DNA from: Octopus bimaculoides
Lineage: Eukaryota
DNA: 52,552 nucleotides
Assembly: GCF_001194135.2 (NCBI RefSeq)
Contig: NC_068988.1
Coordinates: 84,161,469-84,214,020, forward strand
Direction of reading: 5' to 3'
Translations under genes and position numbers: made by a program
The notes under the pieces: model-generated
What the model was told of the DNA's origin: nothing
The model's input: only the letters and a program-made list of their open reading frames with translations
The model's database searches: none
Part shown: positions 23,160 through 36,817 of the stretch, piece by piece
Layout: every line of letters starts with the position of its first letter
Position numbering within the stretch: position 1 is the stretch's first letter

Positions 23160-23370
23160 CCATCTGATTATCAGGGAATGTATTTACCTGTTATAAGTTA
23201 TTCACCTGATCATCTGGAAATGTGGTTACCTGTATTAGTATATTCATCTGATCATCTGGGAATGTAGTTAGCTAAGATAGTATACTCTGTATTCCAAGTA
23301 TTCACCTGATCATCTGGGAGTGTAATTACCTGTGAGAGTATATTCTACATTCCCTGAGTTCATCTGGTCA
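23160..23370. repeat. Degenerate minisatellite
   Basis: Repeated ATTCA(C/T)CTGATCATCTGG(A/G)A.TGT.GTTACCTG units with variable spacing. Confidence 0.6.
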
Positions 23371-25887
23371 GTGAATTTAAATCTATGCTTCATGCCATGA
23401 GGCCAGAGTTATATGTACTGGCCCTTGAAAAAACTTAGACCAATTTGCTTTTTATTTCCAAAGAAGTTAGGAGCACCTGAAACCCACCTTTCTCCACCAA
23501 GAAAGCCAAGCCATATACAGGATATGATAATATTGTTTTAGTCAATGGTAATTATTTTATGTTCTCCAAATAAACATATGTGTATGTACTATCTCTTATC
23601 ACAATTATTCTCAACTATTTCTGTGACCTGTGCCTCTCCTCACCTACTTCTTGAAAACAGCAGCAAGTACCCCAAGACCTCCAAACCATCTGCTCCTCCT
23701 ACTCTTTACTGCAAATCTTTATCTATTCTCAGAGTTGTTTATAACCATCCAGATACGGAGTAAAAAAAAATCTTTTCTGCTCTAATTACTAGATTTATCA
23801 TTTCCACTAATAATTTTTTACATATTTTAAAGCTACTACAACTTGTTAAAACAAAAACTATAATTTTTCTTTCAGATTTAAAACGGAAAATAATATTTCA
23901 TGTTCCCTCCCTTTAAGTATTTTTTCCACCCCTATTTTCACTTCACTTTATTGGGGTGCATTCTCTGACCCTGGACTTCATTGAGTTTAAGAACCATAAA
24001 CTGGGTACTAGTTTTCAGACATATTTCTGACATTGTAATAATGTGGCAGGGGAATTAAGTGACCGACAGTATTTTGTTATGTTCTGTGTTCTGGTTTCAA
24101 ATCCAGCCAGATGAGATTTTGACTTTTGTCCTTCTAAAGGTTAATTAAATTAAAAATATGCCCACTCTTTCTCTCTCTTTTTCTCCTTCCTCCTTGTTTG
24201 TCTCCTCCCTCACATCCTTCTCCTCTTTAACAATGACCTTACCCCTGCCTACAACAACACATTTAATGACAGCTGGTAAATCTGTTGAATTTTAACTGTT
24301 GTATTACATCAACACTTGTCCCCTCTACCTAACAAGAATGACTTTACATGATCATTCAACTTGCTAAATACAGCAGCCAAGTACCTCTCCAATCCAAATG
24401 ATACTGTCTTTAAAAAATGCATATTAGATAATCTTTTGGTTATAAATTTCTTTTTCCATTCTTTTGTCAAAAGGAAAGACAGTGTGCATGACCCTTTACA
24501 GGGCTTCTGTGACTGGTAAGAGGGATAATGGTGGTATCTGCAAATTATAGGCCTAACTTGAGTCCTTGCATCAAAGAGAATTCACTAAAGACACCCAAGG
24601 ATCCAAATAGCAGAGAGTGGATTGAGTCTACCACTCATATAGGCCATGGTAGGACATAAACTCAGAACACAAAGCGTTGCAAGAAATCCAGTTTGGTATT
24701 CTTACACTTCCACTAATCCACTGACCTATATTGGTGCTTTATTGTGAACCACAAACAGATAAAAGGCAGAGTTGACCTTAGTGGGGTTTGAACTTAGAGT
24801 GCAGAGAATCAGAGTTCCATTAGGTATTCTATCTGCCAGTTCATCTAGAGAAAAGATTGGGTGGTTGCAGCTGGAATGCTTTTAGCCTTATGTCTACTTG
24901 ATCAGGTTTAACCTGGGGCTAAGTTGTTACAACACCAATTGTCCCCTGTATTAAGTCTGTTTATTAGCCACACTTAAGACTGCACATGAAGCAGCTTATC
25001 CTTATATATATATATCTATATGGTTAGAACATTAACATGTTCTGTATAACAGCTGACTTTTCCTTTTCAATTTATTTTAACTCTATCCTTTACTTTCACA
25101 AAGATTATCTATTGTTATCTTCATTATCTGAGCTGCTGTCTTTTAATCCCTTGTAATTTGTTTATCCTTATAATTTGTGGAAGAAAGCTACTTCTTGTCA
25201 CTACCTACTCCAACACCTAAGGGGACCACTAAATGATCCCTCAACCTAGTAAATATAGCAGACAGATTGCTTTAAGTCACATCCTACCATCTGAAAAAAG
25301 TGGACACATTAGATACTCTAGTCAGAGATACTCCTGAAAAGGAGACAGGATGGTCATGGTTGGAATATCTTCAATTATGTCTATTTGAGATTTGTTCAAT
25401 CATATGTCTATTTAATTGAGATTTGTTCTGGTTCTTTAGATTCTAAGTTCAATTCTTACTGAGATCGATTATAACTTTTATCATCCATCTGGGATCATTA
25501 AAATAAAGTACCAAGTTCTGGGGTCAATTTAATCAGCAGTCTCCCTTGTCCTAAATTTTTGTTCATGTTTGCTATGTTATTGTTACATAGGAATTAGGAC
25601 TCCAAATAAAATGCATTGCAGTATTTAGCTGTCCCTTTACACTGCTTTTTTTTTTTTAAAGCAATACCTCTATGTCAACACTTGTCCTGCAGTCCTGTGA
25701 TCAAATATCTTCTAGCCATGACCATCATGTCTTTTATTGAGACATAGTAAATCTAAAACCACATTATTCTTACTCTTAAGATGTTTCAGAGTAATTTGAG
25801 GGAGGTTTGGTTATTTCTGGCAATCAGTGATCATATAGAATAGAAGTAGAGAAGTCCCTTAATAACCCATACAGGAATACCTTGTAA

Positions 25888-26310
25888 CCCTTTTGATACC
25901 AACTTGCCTGAGACCACCCCTGGTTTTGAGATGCAAATCTTTCTATTTTAACCCTTTAGCTTTTAAAGTCACCATGTTTGGATCAAACATTTTATGTTCA
26001 AACTGTCCAGATCTGGTCTCTCACACATATCTTACAGTGTCATTCTAAAAATATACAATCATATCAAGATCTTGATACTATGAGATAATGCGTGATTAAT
26101 TCAAAACAATGTGAATAAATAAGCATTACTTTAGACAGAATAAACTGAATGTTAAAAGGTTAAATTGATCTAAAACTTCCTGTTAAAATTTCATGTCAAG
26201 TTACAAACTCCAGCTTAATAATGACAAATTTATTTTACTAGCTTATTCCTTATTTTCAAAATTGATTGAAATAAAGGCAGCATATTTCAATGGAAATGTC
26301 GCTTTAAGGG
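25888..26310. mobile_element. Family B MITE with a nested family A MITE (25952-26159)
   Basis: The CCCTTTTGATACC start is interrupted at TTTAAA by CCCTTTAGC...AAAGG|TTAA, after which family B sequence resumes. Confidence 0.65.
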
Positions 26311-28785
26311 AATGAACTTTCAGAACCTAAACAGTAATTTAGTGTTACATGTCTATGAACTTGTAAAATTAAAAAAAAATTATTGTTTTTTTCACAGTAT
26401 GTGATTCCCTGGGGTACAAAAAAGGGTTCCTCACTCCCTTGTTGGCTTGTTTGTTTATCTCCAGGTCAGTTCTGATCAAACAATCTTAAGATCAAAAGCA
26501 TTCCAGCTATGATAATTCCATTGTTTAAGTATATCTAGGGCTACATGTTCCAAAGTGCTCCATCTCCGTTTTTGAAAACAAGTGTGTGATTTGAGTGTTT
26601 TGGATGTTATTTTTTAGCAGGTCAAGTTACCTCATCAACTTGTTTTTTTAGTATGTCTGGGGTGTGATAAATAGCAGTGTTTTTCAACCTTTTTAAACTA
26701 GGACCCCTTTTATTTAAATGAATTTTCCTATGAATTCATCTTTTGGAAGGTCTTTCAGCTGTACATGGATCCCCAAGGGTCTACTGACCCAAGGTTGAGA
26801 ACTACTGTTATATACCATATCTAGTTATTACTGATGTCGGTCAACTTGGATCCAGTAGACTTCTAGTCTGCCTCACCAAGTTCTCTCACCTATGGAAGCA
26901 TAGGAAAGTAGACATGACATTTTGTGTTTGAGTTCAAATTCTACCTTGGTTAACTTATTTTTGGGTGGTGGGGGACAATAAAAAAAAGTAACATCCAAAT
27001 ACTGGGCTTGATGTAATTGACTCCTCCTTTTCCTATAAAATTGCTGGTTTTTTGTCAAAATTTGAACCTTTATTATTATTATTAATGATAAGCTGGCAGA
27101 CCAAACAAAAATACTTGACATTTTTTCCAGTTTCATGTTCTGAGGTTGACTTTGCCTTTCAACCTTTCAGGGTCAATGAAATAAGTATTTGTTGAGTATT
27201 GGGGTCAGTGTAATCGACTATCCTCCTCCCCACAAATTTCAGGTCTTGTGCTTTTCCTAGAAAGAATTATTATCATTTACATTTTCAAGTCAGTTCCACT
27301 CCAATCCAACCGTAATAAACTTGTCTAGTTTAACCTGCAGTTTCCAGTCATGCTCCTTCCTAGCTTCAAGTTGGGAAATTTGCTTCATTCATACTTTGCA
27401 ATTGAGTCATTAGCTACTGGAAGTGTGTCCATCTGGCATGCACATGCACAAAACAGTTTTGTTCTGCCAAAATAAAAATCCACCTGAAAAAATATTTGTT
27501 AGATGACCTTTCACCGACAAAATGAAACTGTTATTTTCAACACTATACTTTGAGTTTCATAACTTCAGTAATTTAATATGTGTTCTTGAGGCTAAGGTAG
27601 AAGACCATTAGGTCTGTACATCTTGAGTTGAAATCATTTTTAAGAGGATGTGAAACAGTATTTAAGTACTCCTGACTTGAAGGAGTTCTTCAAAACTTTT
27701 TGATGACAATATCATTAGACGTCGAGCATAGAGATCTTGCATTCAAATTCAATTTCATATTCTTCATATTACTTGGAAGCACTATACTTAATTCTGCATA
27801 CCCCTGTTCACATGTAATTAATATGGAAATCATATCAGATCATCTGGAAATATTGCCAAAGAGATAAACCGATATACTATCCCAGGAAAAATTTGTCTCT
27901 CTCTAAACACTATAAAACCATAACTAAACATAAGTTCCCAGGTCTTTCAAAGCAGAGAAACATACTGTGCCATATAATCCAATAAAGAGCATTGAAATAG
28001 TTGAGTAGTCAGTATTTATAATCATATAAAAAAGAAAACTATCCTGCTCCATAGACGAATAACCATTGAATACCACCACCTCCCCAATGTATTGTATTGT
28101 GTATATGAGGCTGAAGACTTAATACTATATGGCTGCAGTCTACCTAACAGTAGGTACAGTTTGGGAATATTACAGCTATCTTTAAGGTGACAATCCTGCA
28201 GAATCATTACTGTACCTGAAAAAAATGCCTAGCAGCATTTCTTTCAACTTAACATTCTGAATTCAAATACTGTTAGAGTTGACTTTGCTTTTCACTCTTT
28301 TGGGGTCAATAAAATAAGTACTGAGGTTGATGTAATTGACTTGTCCCCTCCCCTGAAATTACTGTCCTTGTGCCAAAATTTGAAACTAATATTACAGCTG
28401 TATTTGACCTTCAGTCAGTTTAGAAGGGCTGAGGTTAGTGTCCCTTTATCTGTAGAAATCTTGTCTGATAGTTTAGAAGGGTTATGGCTAGTGCCCCTTT
28501 CTAACCCAGTTTCATGTGTTCGAGTGTCTCAGAATTTTGAAGACCCATCTTTCTTTTATTAACCAATTCCAGAATTGGTCCACCATCATCAGCAACATTA
28601 TTTCAATGTCCACTTTTCCTTGCTTGTATGGGTCAGACTTTTCACCAGACTTTACTGTTCCTGTTTCCAAGCAAGGTAATGTATCTCCTAGTCCTTCAAA
28701 CATAAACAACACAATGGTCAGACATGTTTTTAGGGAAGATTACAAATGAATGACATGGCCTACATGATGGTAATATTGACATCTA

Positions 28786-29450
28786 CAGGGGAAGTCAAAA
28801 ATTATCTATACTTTTGCCCTAGCATATCTTTATTATTGTCACACTGCCTTCTGTGCATTCGTGTTTATGGTTGGTACTATTGTAGTTATGTGATCGAACT
28901 TTGAGCCTGATCATGCCATTTTCCTTTCTGGCTTTATAGTGTAAGCATGGCCACTCCACTAGCAAAGTGCACCAAGGAAGAACAAAGAGCAGTGATCTGA
29001 TTTTTCTGGAAAAGAGGTGTACAATCAACAGTACAAGATACAGTGCTTTGCTGGCCAGCAATTCGCACCAAGCACTGAAGCCTATTGCTGAAGAAAGTTT
29101 TGTTGTTGCATGACAATACACACTTACACACGGTCACCCAGACTGTTGAAACCATTAACCAGTTGGGTTCTGAGTTACTGGAACACCCTGCCTACAGCCC
29201 AGATCTCGCCTCTTCCGACTATCATATCTTTGGACCGCTCAAAGATGGTTTACAAGGTTGTCAATTTCCTACAGATGATGTGACGGAAGTGGTGCATAAA
29301 TGGTTGCATGACCAACCAAAAAACCCTTCTTGGAGGGAATACACAAGCTTGTGGACCACTGGACCAAGTGCATCGAACAGGAAGGAGACTATACAGAAAA
29401 GTGACTTACTTGTTTATCTCCTGCTTTTGTGTAAAATACATTGATAAAAC
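28786..29450 (+). mobile_element. Internally deleted mariner element
   Basis: TA|CAGGGGAAGTCAAAAATTATC TIR. ATG 28947 MATPLAKCTKEEQRAVI*FFW joins directly to LLLHDN...LEHPAYSPDLASSDYHIFGPLK and, after a frameshift, GIHKLVDHWTKCIEQEGDYTEK* (stop 29402-29404). Confidence 0.9.
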
Positions 29451-31189
29451 AAGTAAATGCAGACACACATGCATAATGTGTATTCACCCATCCACATTTA
29501 TACACATATTACCAATTTCTTTCAATGTCCATCTAACAATTCCATTCACAAGGCTTTGGTTGGACCAGGGCTATTGTAGAAGACACTTGCCTAAGATTGG
29601 TGGGACTGAAGTTGAAATCATGTGGATGGAAAGGAAACTTCTTAACCACACAATTGTACCTTTGTCTATTGAAGGAGATTTGGTTACTCCTAACAGGTTA
29701 TGTGATTGTACTTTCTCTTTCATTAGTCATGTCATCTAATAAATTATGAATGTTGATGTAGATAATATTATTGGGTTATCATCAACTTAAAGATTAGAAG
29801 TTCCTTTCTTTGTGTAGTTGTGCTGCTCACTATATTTTACATTGGCTTCATTTAAATTTTCTGGCTGTCAGTAATTAATGACTGTCAACCTTCTTGTGGA
29901 TACCTCAAATCAACTTTCATTGGGTAGACCTGATCCTGCATTCTATCCATGACCATTTGATTTTGTTTTCAGAAAATCTATCCAAAACTTCATTGTTCTT
30001 ATATTTCTTTTGCAAGATTCTTTATGCATAATCATATGTTGAAGCAGATATTGATGTGCCTTGAAACAGCCAGGCTACTAATTAAAATCCATGCACTGAT
30101 TGGGTTTCAGTTCAGTTTTATCAACTAATTAGATAATTGGCTTAAGAGTCTTAAGTCACAACCTGTGTCCTAATGGATGGTGATATACTCCAACTGCACA
30201 GCCGCCATGCTAATGCTCTTTACTGTGTTCATATCTTGGATACTAATCAGTTTGAAATGCAAGCACAGAAGTACATGGGAGACACATTATCATCATTCAG
30301 ATCACAGGCTGTGACAAAAGAATTTTTGACAACCTAGTTAATTTATCAATTACCTAATTAATAAAAGTGGCTGCATTGCCCTCTCAAAGTATAATAGTAT
30401 CTAGTAAAGCTAACAACTTATGTCTTCACTATTTTAAGATGTGATGTGATTTGAGGGGAATTTAACATTTACTTGTAATTTGAACCATTACATGTAGAGG
30501 AATCTTCCATTGGCTATCCAGTTGAAATGTCTTTAGGCATATGTTATCCAATATTTTTTAAATTCTTTTAGATGGTAGGGTGCAATTTGAAGAAGACTTG
30601 GTTGCTGCTTCTAGCAAATCAAGTGATCATGTAGTGTCCCTCTCATTGGATTGATGTCAAAATTGAATGACTGCCACCATAGTCATGGATAGATTTATTG
30701 TTTCTCGTATAATGCCTTAAACATATGGAATCAGAGCTAGGCTTCCTTTTTAAAAGTTTCATAAAAAACCAGCAGTATATAAATATACATATATATCATC
30801 GGTAATATGAAAATGAGCAGATATCTTTCTTATCTGTCAATTTATATCGTAAGTTATGTTAATTACTATTAAATCAATGATGCTTTTGTGTATCAATAAA
30901 TGAATTAATGGTTTTTATATGTGAGCAGCCATTAACTTTTACTCATCCTTCTGTGTGTAATTTTTACTATGACCTTGTTGTTGACATCATCATTTGCCAT
31001 ATGTCTAAGAAGTTAGCTTTGCAGTAATTTTTCCAGCTTTGGTTCTTCTTGTGTTATACCTTGAGCAAGTTTTTTGTCTTTTTTAAACCATAACCTCAAG
31101 CCATCCAAATATTTATGAATGTAATTAAATTGACGAAAACCTGCCAGATGGACTGTATATGTTCTTCAGAGGTAGACTTCATCCCTTAC

Positions 31190-31283
31190 ATGGTTTAATG
31201 CCCACCACTGGGCTTTTGGCTACTTTTAGCAAGTCCATCATACTGTCAGCATTTGAACCAGGTATTTGGCCAGAGGAACTCAT
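31190..31283 (-). CDS. Candidate first coding exon of an unknown gene
   Basis: ATG at 31283, MSSSGQIPGSNADSMMDLLKVAKSPVVGIKP, then a phase-1 GTAAGG donor. Non-repetitive, and near a CpG-retaining motif cluster. No family recognised. Confidence 0.2.
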
Positions 31284-31519
31284 TTACTCCTGCCTCTCAG
31301 TCTTGGAGGTCTTGCATAAAAGTTACTGGTGCAATATTTCCTTAAATGTCATAAAGAAGAAAAATACATTTTTTTTTTTTTTTTTTTTTTTGGAGACTAG
31401 TTGGAATGATGTGTCCTCAAATCTGAGACTTGGCTTGAATGCTTGTGACAGACTGGTATCTTCCTCTTAAGACACCCATGGACCAGGTGGTGGCGTTAAA
31501 CTGGACAACAGAAGTTGAC

Positions 31520-31580
31520 CACCAATGATTGTGTAGTGACGTCATATGGCGCCAAAAAGGCATAGGTCGCCATTACTCCA
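31520..31580. promoter_or_regulatory. Possible promoter motif cluster
   Basis: CCAAT 31522-26, CRE palindrome TGACGTCA 31537-44 and two YY1-like ATGGCG/CGCCAT cores within a locally CpG-retaining stretch. Confidence 0.25.
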
Positions 31581-33649
31581 TCTTTAACCATGCATGCGTG
31601 GATTTCGACATCCAAGCGTTCCCGCTTCTATTCTGTCTCTTACCACGCCAGACAGCGAACAAGCAAGACTGTCTAAAACAAGCTCTCATTGAGTGTGGAA
31701 AAAGCAAGTTGTCTCTCCAACGATTCATCTCTAGGGACAGTACATCTACATTCAGGCTACTCAGAAACCGGACAATTGGAAGCTGTATATTTTCCACCAT
31801 AAATAAATATTGTTGTTGTTGATCAGTTTGGAGTTCTGCGTTCCGTTCACTTCTAATTTAATATAGGAAAGTCAGGTGTACATCTAATGATGTATAACCC
31901 ACTTTCCTAAAATTGTAATCCTAGTCCTTCGACATTTTACCTTTGTTTCTTCTGAGTGAGCTGAGGTTAGAGAGAGAGAGAGATCTTCAAAACAACCAAC
32001 CCCCAACTCTGTCATCACTTTGACTCCTGCGAAGCTTAGTCTTCATATTGTATCATTTGTAATTTCTCAAATTTGTTTTCACCAGAAATTTGGTTTAAGA
32101 TGGTAACTACCTGGTTATTTAGAATGTATCTCTCTTCTGTTTCGACTGCTATCCTCTCCAACTACAATCCTTCTCTAACGTATTAGTAAAAGTGCAGCAA
32201 AATCATGAGAACTTTCTATTCGGTGATAAAGTAGGAAAATACTAAGATATTTGTAAAATAAAATAATACCTGTACATATCTATACTTAGACATCTATAGA
32301 TGTCTTTGACTCTGCTCTATAGTGTGTGCGCACACACACACACATACAAATATGTTAGTTATGGTCTAATATTTTTTTCTCTTCCCCATAATTATTTCTA
32401 ATTAGCATTTTAATGCTTCTTGCATTAAATATTGCAAGCACTAACTTAATATTGAATGTCAGAGTCCCCTTCCCAGTAAACTGTCAGTAAAAGTGCATGG
32501 AAAATTAACATCCTTTCTGTTCAGGTAACATCTCTTCCTTTCACCGAAATATAAAACCCGACAGACAGTTAAAATAGGTATGAAGAAGGGCTCTACTTCA
32601 TAGACCATTCCATTCCGTTTTCTACTCGGCTTTCACAGTCTCTCCCAGATAGCTAAGAGATACGTAGGCAACAAATAGCCAGGACTTCTCATTGAATGTC
32701 TATCTCTGTGTGTGTGTAAGAGAAAGATAGAGGGGAGATAGTTTGGTATATAGCTGTAGAGAAACAGATGAGAGGCGGATATTTTCATAATTTATTAATT
32801 ATTTTCCTGTTCTACTTCACGACTCTAGTCGTGCTACTTGCCATGTAGTGGGTACCACGCATGACTCTACTCCTACGTATACCTACTGCTATTAAAATCC
32901 TTCAAGCATTATCTTTATGTATTTTCCTTATTTTTTTCCTTCCAAGTGCACGTGTGTGCGTCTGTGCGCACGTATGTATGTATATGCGCGTGTGTGCCTA
33001 CATACATTCATACATATATGTATATATGTGTATATATATAAATATATATATATATAAATAATAAATATATATATNNNNNNNNNNNNNNNNNNNNNNNNNN
33101 NNNNNNNNNNNNNNNNNNNNNNNNNNNNNNNNNNNNNNNNNNNNNNNNNNNNNNNNNNNNNNNNNNNNNNNNNNNNNNNNNNNNNNNNNNNNNNNNNNNN
33201 NNNNNNNNNNNNNNNNNNNNNNNNNNNNNNNNNNNNNNNNNNNNNNNNNNNNNNNNNNNNNNNNNNNNNNNNNNNNNNNNNNNNNNNNNNNNNNNNNNNN
33301 NNNNNNNNNTGGTTGCAAGGAGCGTGAAACTCCGAGTTGCGATGTAGTGAATCGGAATTCCACCCTAATACAAATAAATAAACTCTATTACATTCTATTG
33401 AGTAATCTTTCGTATGCGTATGTCAACTTCCCTTCTTTATTCGCTTTATCCTCGTATCTGTCTACCTGCTTGGAGAGAGAAAGAGAGAGAGAGAGAGAAA
33501 AAGAGAGAGCTAATATTGTAAGAGTGGGTGGTCTTCAAGAAACTCCGTTTGTACATAAGAATGGTCTTCCTTGCTGCAACAGTAATTAGCCATGCTGGAA
33601 TGGGGAAACTTTACTTTCACAATATCTTAAACTGTGTTGACGCTGCTGC

Positions 33650-34410
33650 TACTGTTGTGGTTGTTCCGCTTCAGGTCAACCTTGTTCTTTGATAGCAAAC
33701 CTATTTTATCAAAGACATTCCAGCCGTGACCATTCGCAGTATTATACAATAGGCGTTAAATTAACTGTCTTTTTCTCCACCTTTTTTTTTTAAAAAATGG
33801 AATAGTAGAATGTGATTTGAGGAATATTCGGCTACTATTGCAATCAGGTCGAGTTACCGACCACGATGTTCCATCTTTGGCTCCTATACTTTATATAGTG
33901 CCATGTCTAGTGTATAATCAATAACATAGTTTGTGTGGGAGTGTGTGGTATATGTGTTTTTGTAAGAGTATGCACGTTTAGTTATTCAGCTCAATTCTGA
34001 TCCAGAAAACCTTTGACTAAAAACGTTCCAATCGTGACCATTCCATCTTTATCAGGCGTTGGCTACTGCAGTCCTGCATTTACATGTCCTTCCTCTGTTA
34101 TGACACTCATGAGTGATTTCAGGAAGATTAGCTAGCTGCTATTTCTAGCATGTTCGGGGCCCAAATAGTCACTTCATTATTGAACCAATGACATACATTA
34201 CCGCTGCTATTGACGTTTTAACCACAAGTCAACTCTGATCAAGCAGACATATAGTGAAAGGCATTCCAGCCGTGACTCTCCCGCCTCTTGTTCCCTAAGC
34301 ATTGCACACTCAAGACTGCATTATCCAATGCCTCCTTTATTTTTCCTAAGACAGTTGGGAGTGATTTTTAAGTTAGATTTGGCTGCTATTTTTAGCAGAC
34401 GGAACGATTA
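33650..34410 (-). mobile_element. Three consecutive copies of a decayed SINE-like repeat
   Basis: Repeated CATTCCAGCCGTGAC/CGTTCCAATCGTGAC...GTGATTT..GG..ATT.GGCT.CTATTT.TAGCA units. Same family near 10250, 26460, 30430, 48230 and 52080. Confidence 0.55.
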
Positions 34411-35321
34411 TGTAGCACTTTTTTTCACTATTGTTTGCTGCTATCATCATCCCCACCGTTCATCCACCCTCTTATTTCTTCCTTCTACTACTAACTATTT
34501 ATTATACCACTGCTAAGTCACTGAGAGCTTGCTTCTTTATCGTTTTAATGTTGCTTGTCTTGACTTTTTTTTCCATTTGTGTTCGTTCTTTCTCCCATTC
34601 ATTCCTAGCTACTTCTGTCATTCATTCATATTGGCTGGTAGATATTTAAGACACTAACACTACTATCACTGGCATTATTATATATTTTATTACGACAGCT
34701 ACTACTACCCTCTACTACTTACCGTCTCTGACTTTTAGCAGTCGTATTGACACATGGTGTACATAAAACGTTTATTTTTCAAAGACATCATCACCATTAA
34801 CAAGCGTTGCTGACATCATTTGTATACATACCCTCGTTTTGTTTTGGTACTTACTCATTTACAGAAAATAAACCTAGTTTGTCACACTAACCATTATAAT
34901 TTGAACAAATATTCACACTGCGTACACCATACGCTCGTGCATAAACACATACCTACGTACATACGCATATGCATGAGCACACACATGCACGCATATCCAC
35001 ATATGTACGCTTGCGGATGCACATATACACGTAGACGTGCGCACATATATACATAGACGCGCGCACACTGATGCACAGATGCGCGCACATTCATGCACAA
35101 ACACGCACACACGCATGCAGAATCTCGCGCGCGCACACACACGCAAGCTACATCATAGAAGCGAGAGGAGGGGTGTATATGATTGAGGCGAAAGTGTTGG
35201 TGTTGACGGTGGCGGCGTCAGTACAGCTTTGCGAGGAGTTGGCAAGGTAAAAAAAGCGACTATCCTGATGTGAGTGCGAGACAAAGGCACCGCTGCCGCT
35301 ACTCACTACATTGGGTTAGCT

Positions 35322-35480
35322 ATGTCCCTCCCTGAACCGGGACATGGCTTCAGTGTGGAAGCTGACTTCATCGAGAAAAACGGCCGTCAGACTTGGATTA
35401 CAAAACTCTGCTGTTGTAGCCAAATCATGGCCAATGTGAAGATAACCCAAGCTAAACGGATATCCCGGACTCTCTCTGAG
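35322..35480 (+). CDS. Candidate first coding exon of an unknown gene
   Basis: 53 codons, MSLPEPGHGFSVEADFIEKNGRQTWITKLCCCSQIMANVKITQAKRISRTLSE, ending GAG|GTATAT. Lies in a unique, GC/CpG-enriched island (about 34900-35480). No homology recognised. Confidence 0.4.
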
Positions 35481-36743
35481 GTATATAAATATATATTTGA
35501 AAGTGTATATATTTGCATATATGTGTATTTGCATCTCTGTCTATTTATTTATATCGCCAGCAGTTTGTGCGTGCCTATGTGCGTGCGTGTAATTGGCTTC
35601 TAAAAAGCCAGCCAGCCACATGAGCTGACAGAAAAGAGAAGAAACATCCCCCCTCATGTTTTTTTCCCCCATCTTCCTTCAAAACAAAACTTGCAGATTT
35701 CATGTCTTATTTAGCAGGTTGGCCTTTTTAAAGGCGTTGCATGAATTGACGTCTAGATGTATGTATACTTACTACCTACCCACAAACATACACGCACACA
35801 TCCATCCATACATGTATTTCTTGCGTGCATACAAATAATTCTTGTGTACCATACATAGACACATGCACACGTTTGTTTGATAGAAGCAACTATTTGAGAC
35901 GGAAAAAGGTAGCCCACTGTTACATACACACAGACTCACACACGTGTTTGTGTGTGTTTGCGTGTGTGTGTGTGTGTGCATGTCTTTGTTAGTAAAAACG
36001 GGAAGAAGACATTCATTTCTCTCGCATCTTTTCCCTATTCCTTCCTTCGCTACCTTCCACAAATTGACGTACACAATGCCAAATAGCTTTCATTGCTTCC
36101 TAATTTTCTCTTTGTTTTCAGGTTGACATTTTTCAAGTGCAAACTATCTTAAATATGTCCTCCCCATCCACCTTTTTTTTTTTTTGGCTCAACCGTTTTA
36201 AGCTATGCCACGATGATATAAATTTCCTGGTCATTATATATATAAATATGAGAGAGAGGTTGTGGCAATGCTGGGGCAACCCCACCTTTTGTGTGTTTAT
36301 TTGTTTCTTTTCATTTCCACGGCCCCCTTCTCCATGTTTAGTTTCCCGAATGAGGGAGTTGGATAACGTCGTCCTCATATATACAAATATCAGAGCAAGT
36401 ACTCAAAGCGTTTAGTAGAATTTATTTATTCAAAGCAGATGACTTCCTTTGTCGCTCGTGACCCCTTGAGCTACAAAATAAACGAGAGCAGATTTATGTC
36501 AATTTTCTCCACACCTCAGTGTTGCTTGTTTATTCATTTATTTCTGAAGACTGAACAACGATATGTTTATAAATTATAATATTGTGTATCGATAACAAAT
36601 ATCGAATATCATGATATAAATACTGTATCGTGCCGAACGATCAGTATGATGGCATGTTTAGTAGTATTCAGCTGTGGATATTATTTCCTCACTCTTACAA
36701 ATATATGACCGAATAACACCCACGTGTGTGCTTGCCCATAAAA

Positions 36744-36817
<74 letters not shown>

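Noticed and set aside
28512-28712. Minus-strand 66-aa ORF with an acceptor-like site
   Set aside because: No donor, no family match, and no consistent link to the 31.2-kb candidate exon.
31370-31870. Processed pseudogene ending in the poly-T/A tract
   Set aside because: No polyadenylation signal, TSD or recognisable ORF.
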